NCBI GenBank assembly: GCA_963849625.1 | Contig: CAWKHU010000008.1 | Span: forward strand, 1,741 to 65,740 | DNA from: an uncultured Actinomycetota bacterium | Lineage (GTDB): Bacteria > Actinomycetota > Actinomycetes > Propionibacteriales > Nocardioidaceae | Reading direction: 5' to 3' | Length of the DNA stretch: 64,000 nucleotides | Part shown: positions 29,012-38,164 of the stretch, in pieces | How the letters are laid out: each line of letters opens with the position of its first letter | Position numbering within the stretch: the stretch's first letter is position 1 | Made by a program: the position numbers and the translations under genes | Notes under the pieces: model-generated | What the model was told of the DNA's origin: nothing | Database searches by the model: none | The model's input: the letters and a program-made list of their open reading frames with translations, nothing else

Positions 29012-30435
29012 CCCCTGAGGGCGCCGACGCCGAGAACCGCGGCGAGCCCCAGGGCGCTGCGCGGATGATAGGCCGAGGTCCACAACCCGCCGTGGGCTGC
29101 GTTGTCGGCCTCGTCCTGCCAGGGCTCGGCCTTCGGCTCGACCCCCGCGCGGAGATCGTGCACCAGCAGCGCTGCCATCAAGGTGTTGCTGGTCGCCGGG
29201 TCGAAGACCTCGACGCCAAAACGGTGCGCTCCCGCGTACGCCGCCGCCAGTGCCTTGTTCTTGACGACCGATCGCGTACGCGTCGCGGGTGCGACGTTCA
29301 TCGACACGGTCGTGCCCCCGTGGCGGGCCGTCGTGGCACGCCATCGCTGCAGCCGCTTGGCGAGCGCATAGTTGGGCCCTTGCTGCGGTACCAGCGCGTC
29401 GTTGATGCCGGGGTCGGCGCCCGGCGGATAGTTGCGTTGCAGCAGGCGGCCCCGGCTGGCCACCCGCAGCGGGGTGCGAAGGATCTTCGAAACGGTACGG
29501 GCGTCATACGCCGCATTTGCCATCTCGACCTCGCGGGCTGGCACGGCGAAGACGTCGGTGGGCGTCGCAAGGAAGGCCAGGGCGGTGTCGGGACGGCTCT
29601 CGATGAGATGGGTAGCCAGGGCATCGGCTGCCATCGTGACGCGCACGTGAGTGCCGCCGTCGGCGTAGCAGTAGTTGCCGAGCACCAGCCGTCCGTCGAT
29701 GTGGTCGAGCCACTCGGCGACGGCAGGCAGCTCAGTGATCAGGTCGGCACCCACATCGGCGTCACCGTTGGTGACGATCCGGGCAGGTACGTGGAGTCGG
29801 CCGGCGGACTCGGCGGCGTACTCGCTGATGCGTGACTGGACGTCGGTACGCGGCAGGTCGAGCGCGACACACGTTGCACCCCACCGCATGAGGGCCCGGT
29901 AGGGACCCATCTCGGCGCCGGCTCCGAGGACGACCATCGTGTCGCCCTCGAGGCGCATCCACTCAGGGTTGTCCAGAACGGTCCGGACTGCCTCGTTGCA
30001 GGACTGTGTGATGACGCCCTGCGTGACCCACGTGTCGAGCTGGTCCAGCAGCGCCTTCCCGCGCAGGCGCTCGCCGCGATAGGGCAACGTCAGCTCCGTC
30101 TCGACGTCACCACCACCCTCGACCGTCCTGGTGTGGAACACCTGGGTCAGTGCGGTGTTGGTGATGGCGTCGTCGAGCAGCGAATCACCGACCCGCATCT
30201 GCTCGCGGGCGCTGCGCAAACCTTCGACCGCGATCGAGTGTGCCGCAGGGGCCTCACCGATGCCCGCCTCGAGCGCCCGGCGGAAGTGGTCCACATAGTT
30301 GCGTCGCCAGTTGGTCTCGTTCTCGACTCCGCGAGCCCCGACCGGGTCGGCCTTGCGCAACGCGTCTCCCATGATCGCGCGCGCTGCCGACGAGGTGCTC
30401 TCCGACGCGAACGTGACTCCCTCAGCAGTGTTCAT
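29008..30435 (-). CDS. Hypothetical protein, possible divergent NAD(P)-binding/SDR-like enzyme
   Basis: 475 aa with coding-like codon use; VVLGAGAEMGP glycine motif and YALAK (YxxxK). Confidence 0.65.
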   Translation of the reverse strand: MNTAEGVTFASESTSSAARAIMGDALRKADPVGARGVENETNWRRNYVDHFRRALEAGIGEAPAAHSIAVEGLRSAREQMRVGDSLLDDAITNTALTQVFHTRTVEGGGDVETELTLPYRGERLRGKALLDQLDTWVTQGVITQSCNEAVRTVLDNPEWMRLEGDTMVVLGAGAEMGPYRALMRWGATCVALDLPRTDVQSRISEYAAESAGRLHVPARIVTNGDADVGADLITELPAVAEWLDHIDGRLVLGNYCYADGGTHVRVTMAADALATHLIESRPDTALAFLATPTDVFAVPAREVEMANAAYDARTVSKILRTPLRVASRGRLLQRNYPPGADPGINDALVPQQGPNYALAKRLQRWRATTARHGGTTVSMNVAPATRTRSVVKNKALAAAYAGAHRFGVEVFDPATSNTLMAALLVHDLRAGVEPKAEPWQDEADNAAHGGLWTSAYHPRSALGLAAVLGVGALRG

Positions 30436-30465
30436 CTCGTCAGAGTAGAAGCCACTTTCGGTTAC

Positions 30466-30909
30466 TCACGAGTCAGGATCGTGGATATTTTCAAGGGACG
30501 CGGGAGCGGTGGCTGCACGACGTCGTCGAACCGCGGCGACCACGACCGCCGCGGCCAGCACGGCCGTCATGACGAGCCAGCTCACCGCGTACGGGCGGTT
30601 GAGCACCGTGTCGTTGTCCGGCTTGCCGCCCTGACCCGACAGCACGTTGAAGAAGGCGAGCGTAAGGGTGCCCCAGAGGAGGAAGCCGATGCCGGCAGCC
30701 GCACGGAAATGTCCCGGCAGGAGGCGAGCAGCGGCAACGCCGACCCCGACAGTGACGGGCGCGATGATGGCGTCGTGAAGGATCACGCCGCCGACCAGGA
30801 ACGTGGCTACCGAGAGCAGCTGCGATGTCGTGAAGTCGTGCATGAGCCACAAGCCCCAGAGGCCACCGGCGACTCCGAGGCCAAGCAGCGCGACGCGGAT
30901 CTCCCTCAT
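30466..30909 (-). CDS. Small four-helix membrane protein
   Basis: Start MREIRVALL, coupled to the Mo-oxidoreductase stop; GGVILHDA and N.TVL.RPY motifs. Confidence 0.75.
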   Translation of the reverse strand: MREIRVALLGLGVAGGLWGLWLMHDFTTSQLLSVATFLVGGVILHDAIIAPVTVGVGVAAARLLPGHFRAAAGIGFLLWGTLTLAFFNVLSGQGGKPDNDTVLNRPYAVSWLVMTAVLAAAVVVAAVRRRRAATAPASLENIHDPDS

Positions 30910-32096
30910 GCGCGGATCTCCAGCTGACGTACCCACTTGGTCTGCAGCACACCGGGCCTGTTGGGCGCGATGATGCGGCAGGGATAGCCGTGGTCGAGCG
31001 ACAGGACCTCGCCATTGAGCTCGAGGGCGAGCAGGGTGCGGTGGTCGCGGACGAAATCGGCTGGCAGCTCTGACGTACGGAACGCACCGATCGTCTGCAT
31101 CGACCTGACCTTGACCGCAGAGTCCGGGTCGCCGCCGGCCAGCTCGACGAGATCGCGGATCGACACCCCGGTCCACACGGCATTGCGGCTCCAGCCCTCG
31201 ACGCACGCGATGGGCAGGCGGTGTGTGCGCTGAGGCAGTGCCGCGAGCTCCGCCCGGGTGAACGTCATGGCCGCGCCATCGAAGACCACCTCGAGCTTGA
31301 AGCTTGGATCGGCGGCACTCTTGGCAGCGCCCGCTGCCCTTGCCGTGCGGTTGACCGGAAGGCCCTGAGGGCCTTCGCCATCGCGTACGCCGAACACCGA
31401 GATCTTGCGGAGGAACGGCACGGTCTGACCAGCGGTGAGCAGCACGGCAAGACCCGACGCAGCGCTCGCGCCGAGCAGTACGGAGCGGCGAGTTGGTGCG
31501 TGCTGGTCGTCGTCGGTCGGGTCCATCGGCTCATCGGACGGTGGATCGAGGGGAGCGCCGAGTGCGTCGCGGATGACCGGCAGCTTGACCGCGATGTGCA
31601 CGAGCAGGGCGCCGATGAGGATCCACGCCACCGCCTCGTGCGTACGGCGGAAGCTGAACTCCCACGGGTACCACTGCGCGATGTTGAGGGCGCCGGTCGT
31701 GAGCTGGAACACGCTTGCCGAGACGAGGACGCCGATCGATGCCTTCTCCAGCAGGTCCACCACGAGGGCGCGGCTCACGGTCTTGGGCGGGAGGATGAAC
31801 AGTCGCGGATAGACCGACCACAGCTTGACCAGCAGCAGGGGGATAGCGGCCATGCCGCTGATGATGTGCAGCCCCTGCGTGTAGCGGTAGAGCTGTGTCG
31901 GGTTGGGGCCGATCGGCAGCCAGCCCGGCGCTGCGTACTGGTAGTGACTCCACAGACCCGTCAGAAAGCAGATGCCGAAGGCGATCCCGAGTGCCGTGCC
32001 GACACGAGCCGTCAGCTCCGTGCCGCGCGCCCTGCTGGTGAAGTCATCGGGCTTGGGAAGGCGGCTCTCGATGTCCTCGACGGTGGGGAGTCTCAT
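30906..32096 (-). CDS. Molybdopterin-dependent oxidoreductase (sulfite oxidase/MsrP superfamily) with N-terminal membrane domain
   Basis: LPIACVEGWS, W.G, HGYPCRIIAP...TKWV; His-containing hydrophobic helices; internal TRRSVL twin-arginine motif; start MRLPTVED. Confidence 0.88.
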   Translation of the reverse strand: MRLPTVEDIESRLPKPDDFTSRARGTELTARVGTALGIAFGICFLTGLWSHYQYAAPGWLPIGPNPTQLYRYTQGLHIISGMAAIPLLLVKLWSVYPRLFILPPKTVSRALVVDLLEKASIGVLVSASVFQLTTGALNIAQWYPWEFSFRRTHEAVAWILIGALLVHIAVKLPVIRDALGAPLDPPSDEPMDPTDDDQHAPTRRSVLLGASAASGLAVLLTAGQTVPFLRKISVFGVRDGEGPQGLPVNRTARAAGAAKSAADPSFKLEVVFDGAAMTFTRAELAALPQRTHRLPIACVEGWSRNAVWTGVSIRDLVELAGGDPDSAVKVRSMQTIGAFRTSELPADFVRDHRTLLALELNGEVLSLDHGYPCRIIAPNRPGVLQTKWVRQLEIRA

Positions 32097-32166
32097 GCGG
32101 TCACGTCCTCTGATGAGCAACGATACGGGCGCAACCGCATGAGCGCTGTGCCAATGGATCGCCCGC

Positions 32167-32802
32167 TCATGGTCGGACCATCGTCGCCGTGTGGCGTCCG
32201 CCCACGCTCTGCGAGCTGACCACGCGCATACCGGCCTGTGCCGCGACGTCCTCGATCGCATCGAGACCGACGACGGCCCACTCGAAGTGCGCCGAGAGTC
32301 GCCCGTCGACACGCAGTCGGCGCCGGTCGCGGACCAGGCCGACACCATGGTCGGCGACCTCGGCGATGACCGAGCCACCCGGTGCGAGCACGTGGCTGAG
32401 CCGGTTCAGCAGTCGGACGGGGTCGCCGCCGATGCCGAGGTTGCCGTCGGCCAGCAGGGCAAACGACCAACGCCCTTCACCCGGCACCGAGCCGAACACG
32501 TCCCGGCGCATCGCCAGCGCACCGCGGATCCGGGTTTGCTTCACCGCCTCGGACGAGACGTCGATGCCCATGGCGGGCACCTTGCGTGCCGAGATCTCCG
32601 CGACCAGTCGCCCCGGACCGCAGCCGACGTCGATCGTGGCCTTGTCACACGGATCGATGAACAGTGCTCGGTCGACCCAGTCGGGAGCCGAGCTCCACAG
32701 CCCGACCTCGAGCTCCTCGGCTCGTCCGACCTGGTCGACGAAGTGACCGGTACGGCCGGCGAACACGGCGTCGAATGCGCTCACCGAGTCGAAGGTTGTC
32801 AT
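32167..32802 (-). CDS. Class I SAM-dependent methyltransferase
   Basis: IDVGCGPGR, GIDVS, LLADGNLGIGGDP; start MTTFDSV. Confidence 0.88.
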   Translation of the reverse strand: MTTFDSVSAFDAVFAGRTGHFVDQVGRAEELEVGLWSSAPDWVDRALFIDPCDKATIDVGCGPGRLVAEISARKVPAMGIDVSSEAVKQTRIRGALAMRRDVFGSVPGEGRWSFALLADGNLGIGGDPVRLLNRLSHVLAPGGSVIAEVADHGVGLVRDRRRLRVDGRLSAHFEWAVVGLDAIEDVAAQAGMRVVSSQSVGGRHTATMVRP

Positions 32803-33437
32803 CCGACGGCCTGTACGGCTGCCGCCAGGCGTGAGATCGGGAGTCCCGTGGCGATGGCCACGGCGTCCTCCCAGGTGTCCATGTCGCGGCGGACGGAGAC
32901 GTGCTCGAGATCGCCGCCGAGTGCCTTCTCGGTCAGGGAGCCGGTGTCCGGATCGGACATGGGTACGTCGGCCAGGGCCGCGGCCTCGGCGCCCTGCGGT
33001 AGTCCGAGCAGCCACCATCCGCCGTCGTCGGCCAGACCTATCGTGCGGTGGCCGGCCTCGACGAACCGGCCTGCATCGAGGAAGTCCCGGACGGTGACCT
33101 GCGGGGTGTCCATCCCGATTTGCACGACGCCGTGCCCGTCGTCGGCATCGGCGTGCGCGTGCGCGAGCCGCTCGGCCAGTCCGTCACCCCTTTGCTCGAT
33201 GACGGTGGGCGCGATCAGCGCAGCCGTGATCTCGTCGAACCTGGCCGCCTGGGTCAGGTCGCCGGTCATCGCCACCACGAGCGGCCATCCGACCGCCGCT
33301 GCAGCGTCGAGCGTGTCGAGCAGTGCAGCGGCGGCGAGCTCTGCGGCGGCAGCATCGCCGATCGTCTCGGCGATACGCGTCTTGGCCATGCCCGGCACCG
33401 GCGCCTTGGCCACGATGAGGAGCGTCGGGCTGGTCAT
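32799..33437 (-). CDS. DUF2064/TIGR04282 nucleotidyltransferase-like protein (Rv0540-like)
   Basis: AKAPVPGMAKTR, QRGDGLAERL, QIGMDTPQ, DGGWW, RDMDT. Confidence 0.88.
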   Translation of the reverse strand: MTSPTLLIVAKAPVPGMAKTRIAETIGDAAAAELAAAALLDTLDAAAAVGWPLVVAMTGDLTQAARFDEITAALIAPTVIEQRGDGLAERLAHAHADADDGHGVVQIGMDTPQVTVRDFLDAGRFVEAGHRTIGLADDGGWWLLGLPQGAEAAALADVPMSDPDTGSLTEKALGGDLEHVSVRRDMDTWEDAVAIATGLPISRLAAAVQAVG

Positions 33438-34096
33438 CGAAGCACTCCGGCGAAGTCGCGGATCACGCGTGCGGTGCCGGTGACGGAGCCGGAGACCTTG
33501 GACTTCGTACCAGCCGCCCGGCGGTCGTACGCGACGTCCATCTCGGCGACGGTCCAGCCGGCCTTGGCCGCTTTGAGCATCAGCTCGAGCGGATAGCCGA
33601 AACGTCGATCCTCGACGTCGAGGGCCAGGAGATCAGCGCGCCGGCACACACGCATCGGGGCCAGATCGTGGATCGGGAGCTGGCTACGGCGGCGGATCAT
33701 CCCCGCCAGCAGCTTGGTGCCAACTCGGGCATGCCACGGCCACACGCCACGACCAACTGGTCGGCGTCGGCCGATCGCCATCGACACGCCGCCGTCGCGT
33801 ACGAGGTCAAGCATCGGCACCAGGTCGAGCAGGCGCATCGAGGCATCGCCATCGATCACCGCGACGTACTCGGCATCGGCGGCCATCATGCCTGCGTGAA
33901 CCGCGGCACCGTAGCCGGGACGGCTCTCGCTGACCACGGTCGCGCCGAGCGCACGAGCCACCTCTGCGGTGTCGTCGGTCGATCCGTTGTCGACGACGAT
34001 GACGCGCCAGCCCGCAGGGATGGTTGCCAGTACGGTCGGCAGTGCGAGCGCCTCATCCCTGCACGGGATCACCACATCGCACACCGTCATACCCAT
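33434..34096 (-). CDS. GT2 glycosyltransferase, polyprenyl-phosphate sugar synthase-like (Rv0539-like)
   Basis: VIPCRDE, VVDNGSTD, GYGAA, DGD, SKVSGS. Confidence 0.9.
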   Translation of the reverse strand: MGMTVCDVVIPCRDEALALPTVLATIPAGWRVIVVDNGSTDDTAEVARALGATVVSESRPGYGAAVHAGMMAADAEYVAVIDGDASMRLLDLVPMLDLVRDGGVSMAIGRRRPVGRGVWPWHARVGTKLLAGMIRRRSQLPIHDLAPMRVCRRADLLALDVEDRRFGYPLELMLKAAKAGWTVAEMDVAYDRRAAGTKSKVSGSVTGTARVIRDFAGVLR

Positions 34097-34161
34097 GATT
34101 CGACGCTACGGGCATGTTGGCTTGGTCGCGACCGCTGCGAATCTGCGCTTAGGCTCAGGTC

Positions 34162-35448
34162 GTGAACCAGACATCGGGCCGCGCCGCAATGCTGTCTGCC
34201 GGCGCGGGTGCGGTGGTGGTCGCTGCGGCGATGCTGGTGCCGTTGTGGCTGTACACCGACATCGACGTCGAGTTCGCCCCGTTGCACGCGACCTGGGACC
34301 CCGGCTTCGGGCTCAGAGCCGTCCCGGCCGTCTTGCTCGGGCTCGGGCTCTGGTCGGTTCTGCCCCGACTCGCCACCAAGCTGTCATGGACGCGCGTGTT
34401 GCTCACCGCGTTCGCCAGCACCTGGCTCTGGATCATGGTGCTCGCCGCGGCCGGGGCAGAAGGCCTCGCCTCGACGTTCGAACGCAAGCAGGAGTACGTG
34501 TACGACGCCCAGCACGTCGGATCGATCAGCACGATGCTGCACGAGTTCATCAGCCGCATCCCGCTCGACTCGGCGGACAACTGGAACGTGCACGTGGCGG
34601 GCCACCCTCCGGGCGCGCTGCTCTACTTCGTCGCGCTCGACCGCCTCGGCATCACCGATCCGTACTGGATCGGCGTCGTCTGCGTCACGATCGCCAGCAC
34701 CGCGATCGTCGCAGTGCTCATCGCCCTGCGGACCTTGGGCACCGAGACACTCGCGCGCTCGGCGCTGCCATGGATCGCGCTGGCACCGAGCGCGGTGTGG
34801 ATGGGTGTCAACGGTGACGCGGTGTTCACCGCCGTCGCCGCCTGGGGGCTCGCCCTGCTCGCGATCGCCGCCAAGAAGGACTCGGTTCCAGCCGCCATCG
34901 GTGCCGGTCTGCTGCTCGGCTGCTGCGTCTACCTCTCCTATGGGCTCGTGCTGCTCGGGATCCTGGCCGTTGCGGTGCTGCTGATCGCCAGGTCCTGGCG
35001 GCCGCTGCCCTGGGCACTCGGCGGGGCCGCGGTGGTCGCTGCGCTCTTCACGATCGGCGGCTACGCGTGGTGGGAGGCCTATCCGGTGCTGCGCGAGCGC
35101 TACTACGCCGGCTACGCCTCGGTCCGGCACTACTCCTACTGGGTGTGGGGCAACTTGGGGGCCTGGACGTTCACCTCCGGCCTTGCCGTCTGGGCCGCCT
35201 TCCCGGCGGCCTGGCGCGCACTGCGTACGAATGTGGCCGCCCAGCTCGCTGCTGCTGCGCTGCTGACGATCGGCGTGGCCACCCTTTCGGGCATGAGCAA
35301 GGCCGAGACGGAGCGGATCTTCCTGCCGTTCACGATCTGGATCGTTGCGCTGCCGATGCTGCTGCCCGAGCGCTGGCATCGCCCGGTGCTGCTGACACAG
35401 GTCGCACTCGGGCTCGCGGCCGAGCTGCTGCTGCTGACTCGTTGGTGA
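34162..35448 (+). CDS. Polytopic membrane GT-C-type glycosyltransferase (Rv0541c/MtxT-like)
   Basis: Many hydrophobic helices; large loop with HVAGHPPG; C-terminal SKAETERIFLPF; gene context. Confidence 0.72.
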   Translation: MNQTSGRAAMLSAGAGAVVVAAAMLVPLWLYTDIDVEFAPLHATWDPGFGLRAVPAVLLGLGLWSVLPRLATKLSWTRVLLTAFASTWLWIMVLAAAGAEGLASTFERKQEYVYDAQHVGSISTMLHEFISRIPLDSADNWNVHVAGHPPGALLYFVALDRLGITDPYWIGVVCVTIASTAIVAVLIALRTLGTETLARSALPWIALAPSAVWMGVNGDAVFTAVAAWGLALLAIAAKKDSVPAAIGAGLLLGCCVYLSYGLVLLGILAVAVLLIARSWRPLPWALGGAAVVAALFTIGGYAWWEAYPVLRERYYAGYASVRHYSYWVWGNLGAWTFTSGLAVWAAFPAAWRALRTNVAAQLAAAALLTIGVATLSGMSKAETERIFLPFTIWIVALPMLLPERWHRPVLLTQVALGLAAELLLLTRW

Positions 35449-36489
35449 TCAGCGTTCGCGCAAGGGATCAGTTGCCAGCCTCGCCAGACCGTCCTCGGGC
35501 TTGATCTCGGCGACGAAGCCGAGACCCAGCGCAGCAGCCTTGGGCGATGCGACGACATGGCGGACGTCGAACTGCCGGTAGTCGCCCGTCAGCGTCGGCT
35601 CCGGGGCATCCGCTGCCGACGCCAGGGTCCTGGCCATCTCGCCGATCGTGAACGGATGGCCCGATGCGATGTTGTACGCCGACAGTCCCCGGCGATGGGC
35701 GGCGACCTGTTCGATCGCCAGCACATTGGCGCGCGCCACGTCCGCGACGTGGACGAAGTCACGCACCTGCGCGCCGTCCTCGAACACCTTGGGGGCCTCT
35801 CCCCTGGCGATCGCCGAGCGGAAGATCGCCGCGACGCCGGCATACGGGGTGTCCGCGGGCATGCCCGGCCCGTAGACGTTGTGATAGCGCAGCGCGATCG
35901 CCCTGGCGGCTTCGAGCGTGCACCAAGCCGAGGCGTAGTGCTCCTGCGCGACCTTCGACGCGGCATAGCTCGTACGCGGCAGGAAGGGGGTGTCCTCGGC
36001 GATCTCGCGCCAGGTGATGTCGCCTCCGCACGACGGACAACGCGGATCGAAGCGTCCCTCCTGCAGATCTTCCTCACGTCGGAGGGCCGGCGGCACGTCA
36101 CCGTCGACCGGGCAGGTGTAGCGACCGTCGCCGTACACGACCATCGACGATGCGAGGACGAGATCCTTGACCCCGGTGCGCGCCATTGCCGCCAGCACCC
36201 GTGCCGTGCCGGCGTCGTTGTGCTCGGCGTATCCCGGAAGGTCCTGGGCATCGACGCCGTTGCCGACCATCGCCGCTTGGTGGCAGACCACGTCGACGCC
36301 GACGAGCAGCGCGTCGAGATCGTCATGTCGTATGTCGAGCCGTTCCGTTCCCGTGAGCACGTCAGGGTTGTCGCCATGGGCCATGGGCAGGAAGCCGTCG
36401 ACCCTGACGACATCGTGTCCGGTCGTCTGCAGCTGCTCGGCAATGTGCGTGCCGATGAATCCGGCGGAGCCGGTGAGGAGGACCTTCAC
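35449..36489 (-). CDS. NAD-dependent epimerase/dehydratase (Rv0536-like)
   Basis: GTG start KVLLTGSAGFIG, SSMVVYG, YAASK, LRYHNVYGP, RDFVHV; Cys-rich insert. Confidence 0.9.
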   Translation of the reverse strand: MKVLLTGSAGFIGTHIAEQLQTTGHDVVRVDGFLPMAHGDNPDVLTGTERLDIRHDDLDALLVGVDVVCHQAAMVGNGVDAQDLPGYAEHNDAGTARVLAAMARTGVKDLVLASSMVVYGDGRYTCPVDGDVPPALRREEDLQEGRFDPRCPSCGGDITWREIAEDTPFLPRTSYAASKVAQEHYASAWCTLEAARAIALRYHNVYGPGMPADTPYAGVAAIFRSAIARGEAPKVFEDGAQVRDFVHVADVARANVLAIEQVAAHRRGLSAYNIASGHPFTIGEMARTLASAADAPEPTLTGDYRQFDVRHVVASPKAAALGLGFVAEIKPEDGLARLATDPLRER

Positions 36490-37289
36490 GGCAGATCGAT
36501 CGGCAGCGGCATGCCGTCGACGGCATGCGAGCACGAGCAGTCGCGCTCGGTGCCGAGCTCGGCGATGACGTCGCTCAGCACCGACTTGAGGGTGTCGGTG
36601 TGCGCGGCGAACACCTCGAAGACCGCGTCAACGCTGACCGCCGATGCCTCGTCGACCCCGGCGTCGTGGTCGGTGACGAGGCAGACGGTCGAGTAGCAGA
36701 GGGTCATCTCCCGAGCCAGGATCGCCTCGGGGTGGCTGGTCATGCCGATCACCGCCCAGCCCTGTGCGGCATACCAACGCGACTCGGCGCGAGTGGAGAA
36801 GCGCGGTCCCTCGATCACGACGAGAGTCCCGCCATCTACCGGGTCGTGCCCGTCGAGTCCTTTCAGCAGATGTCCGCGCAGTCGCGAGCAGTACGGGTCG
36901 GCAAAGGAGACGTGGCATGCGCCCTCGTCGAAGTACGTCTGTACGCGCGCCGTCGTCCGGTCGACCAGCTGATCGGGGACGACAAAGGTGCCGGGTCCGT
37001 GCTCGACCTGCAGTCCGCCGACAGCGCACGGCGCCAACACCTGGCGTACACCAAGACTGCGGAGCGCCCACATGTTGGCGCGGTAGTTGACCTGGTGCGC
37101 CGGGAACTGGTGGTTCTTGCCGTGACGTGGCAGGAACGCGACCGTACGATCACCCACCGTGCCGATGGCGATGGACGCTGACGGACTGCCGTACGGCGTC
37201 TCGACCTCGACCTCACGAGGATCGTCGAGGAACGTGTAGAAGCCCGAGCCACCGATGACGGCGATGTCGGGACGGTCATTCTCGGTCAT
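36486..37289 (-). CDS. mtnP: S-methyl-5'-thioadenosine phosphorylase
   Basis: IGGSG, TPYG, FLPRHG, NYRAN, IEGPRFSTRAES, IGMT, VTDHD; start MTENDRPD. Confidence 0.9.
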   Translation of the reverse strand: MTENDRPDIAVIGGSGFYTFLDDPREVEVETPYGSPSASIAIGTVGDRTVAFLPRHGKNHQFPAHQVNYRANMWALRSLGVRQVLAPCAVGGLQVEHGPGTFVVPDQLVDRTTARVQTYFDEGACHVSFADPYCSRLRGHLLKGLDGHDPVDGGTLVVIEGPRFSTRAESRWYAAQGWAVIGMTSHPEAILAREMTLCYSTVCLVTDHDAGVDEASAVSVDAVFEVFAAHTDTLKSVLSDVIAELGTERDCSCSHAVDGMPLPIDLP

Positions 37290-37394
37290 GCCACGAGCAT
37301 GGCACCTGGGGCAGAGCGTTGCGCGCCCACGCCAATTCAAACTTTTCTTTCGCTGCGATTGCAGCCGTTTAGGACCATTCGACGAAAGGGTGAC

Positions 37395-37420
37395 CAATCC
37401 GCACCCTGACCTGTGGCGAA
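37395..37420 (+). promoter_or_regulatory. Possible SigK-type ECF promoter
   Basis: CAATCC-N15-GCGAA upstream of the lipoprotein resembles the recalled mycobacterial SigK consensus CCATCC-N15-CCGAA. Confidence 0.4.
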
Positions 37421-37467
37421 ACACCGGTGTCAACACAATGACCCACCCAAACGAATGAGAGCACATC

Positions 37468-38133
37468 ATGCGCACCAAGAACCGCAAGTTCATCGCCGGC
37501 ATCGCGCTGGCCGCTGCGGCGGCACTGCCGCTCGCAGCCTGCTCGTCCACGTCGGACAGTGACGGCGGCTCCTCGAGCGCGTCGGCCCCCAAGGCACTGG
37601 CTTCGATCGACGGACTGACCGGCGAAAACACCGCCGTTCTCCTCGACCAGGGCTTCGCCGACGCACTGGCCTCGCTGAAGGTCACCCCCGGAGTTGTCGG
37701 CGACGCCGAGCTCACCGACGGTTCACTCGTCTTCCCGATCACGGGCGGCAACGTGACCTACTTCAAGCCCGGCACGGTCTCGCCGTACGTCATCGGCCAG
37801 ATCCAGCACGAAGGTTCGGGCTTCTCGCTCGAAGCCGGTGGAAAGCTCGTCGAGATCACGAACCTGAACGTCGACCCGGGCGTCTCACGCGTCTACGGCG
37901 ATGTGTCCGTCGACGGCAAGCTCGCCGCCGCGAACGCCTACGTCCTGACCCTCAACGGCACCACGCTGAAGCCGCTCCAGAGCGAGGGCGACACCGCCAT
38001 CCTCGAGGGCACCAAGGTCTTCATCTCGCCGGTGGCTGCAGGCCTGCTCAACGACACGTTCGGAACGGACGCTGTCACCGAGGACCTGCTGGTCGGCATT
38101 GCCAAGATCACCGTCAACACAACCTCCAGCTGA
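37468..38133 (+). CDS. Lipoprotein of unknown function
   Basis: Signal peptide with lipobox LAAC, Ser-rich linker SSTSDSDGGSSSAS, beta-rich domain (FPITGG, HEGSG). Confidence 0.85.
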   Translation: MRTKNRKFIAGIALAAAAALPLAACSSTSDSDGGSSSASAPKALASIDGLTGENTAVLLDQGFADALASLKVTPGVVGDAELTDGSLVFPITGGNVTYFKPGTVSPYVIGQIQHEGSGFSLEAGGKLVEITNLNVDPGVSRVYGDVSVDGKLAAANAYVLTLNGTTLKPLQSEGDTAILEGTKVFISPVAAGLLNDTFGTDAVTEDLLVGIAKITVNTTSS

Positions 38134-38164
38134 CGGTCACCATCTCCCGGTAGGGGAGTAACAA

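Noticed and set aside
32799-34096. Arsenosugar biosynthesis reading of DUF2064 plus GT2
   Set aside because: No radical SAM ArsS, ArsM-like Cys pattern or ars genes nearby; MTA phosphorylase, epimerase and GT-C fit the methylthio-sugar route better.
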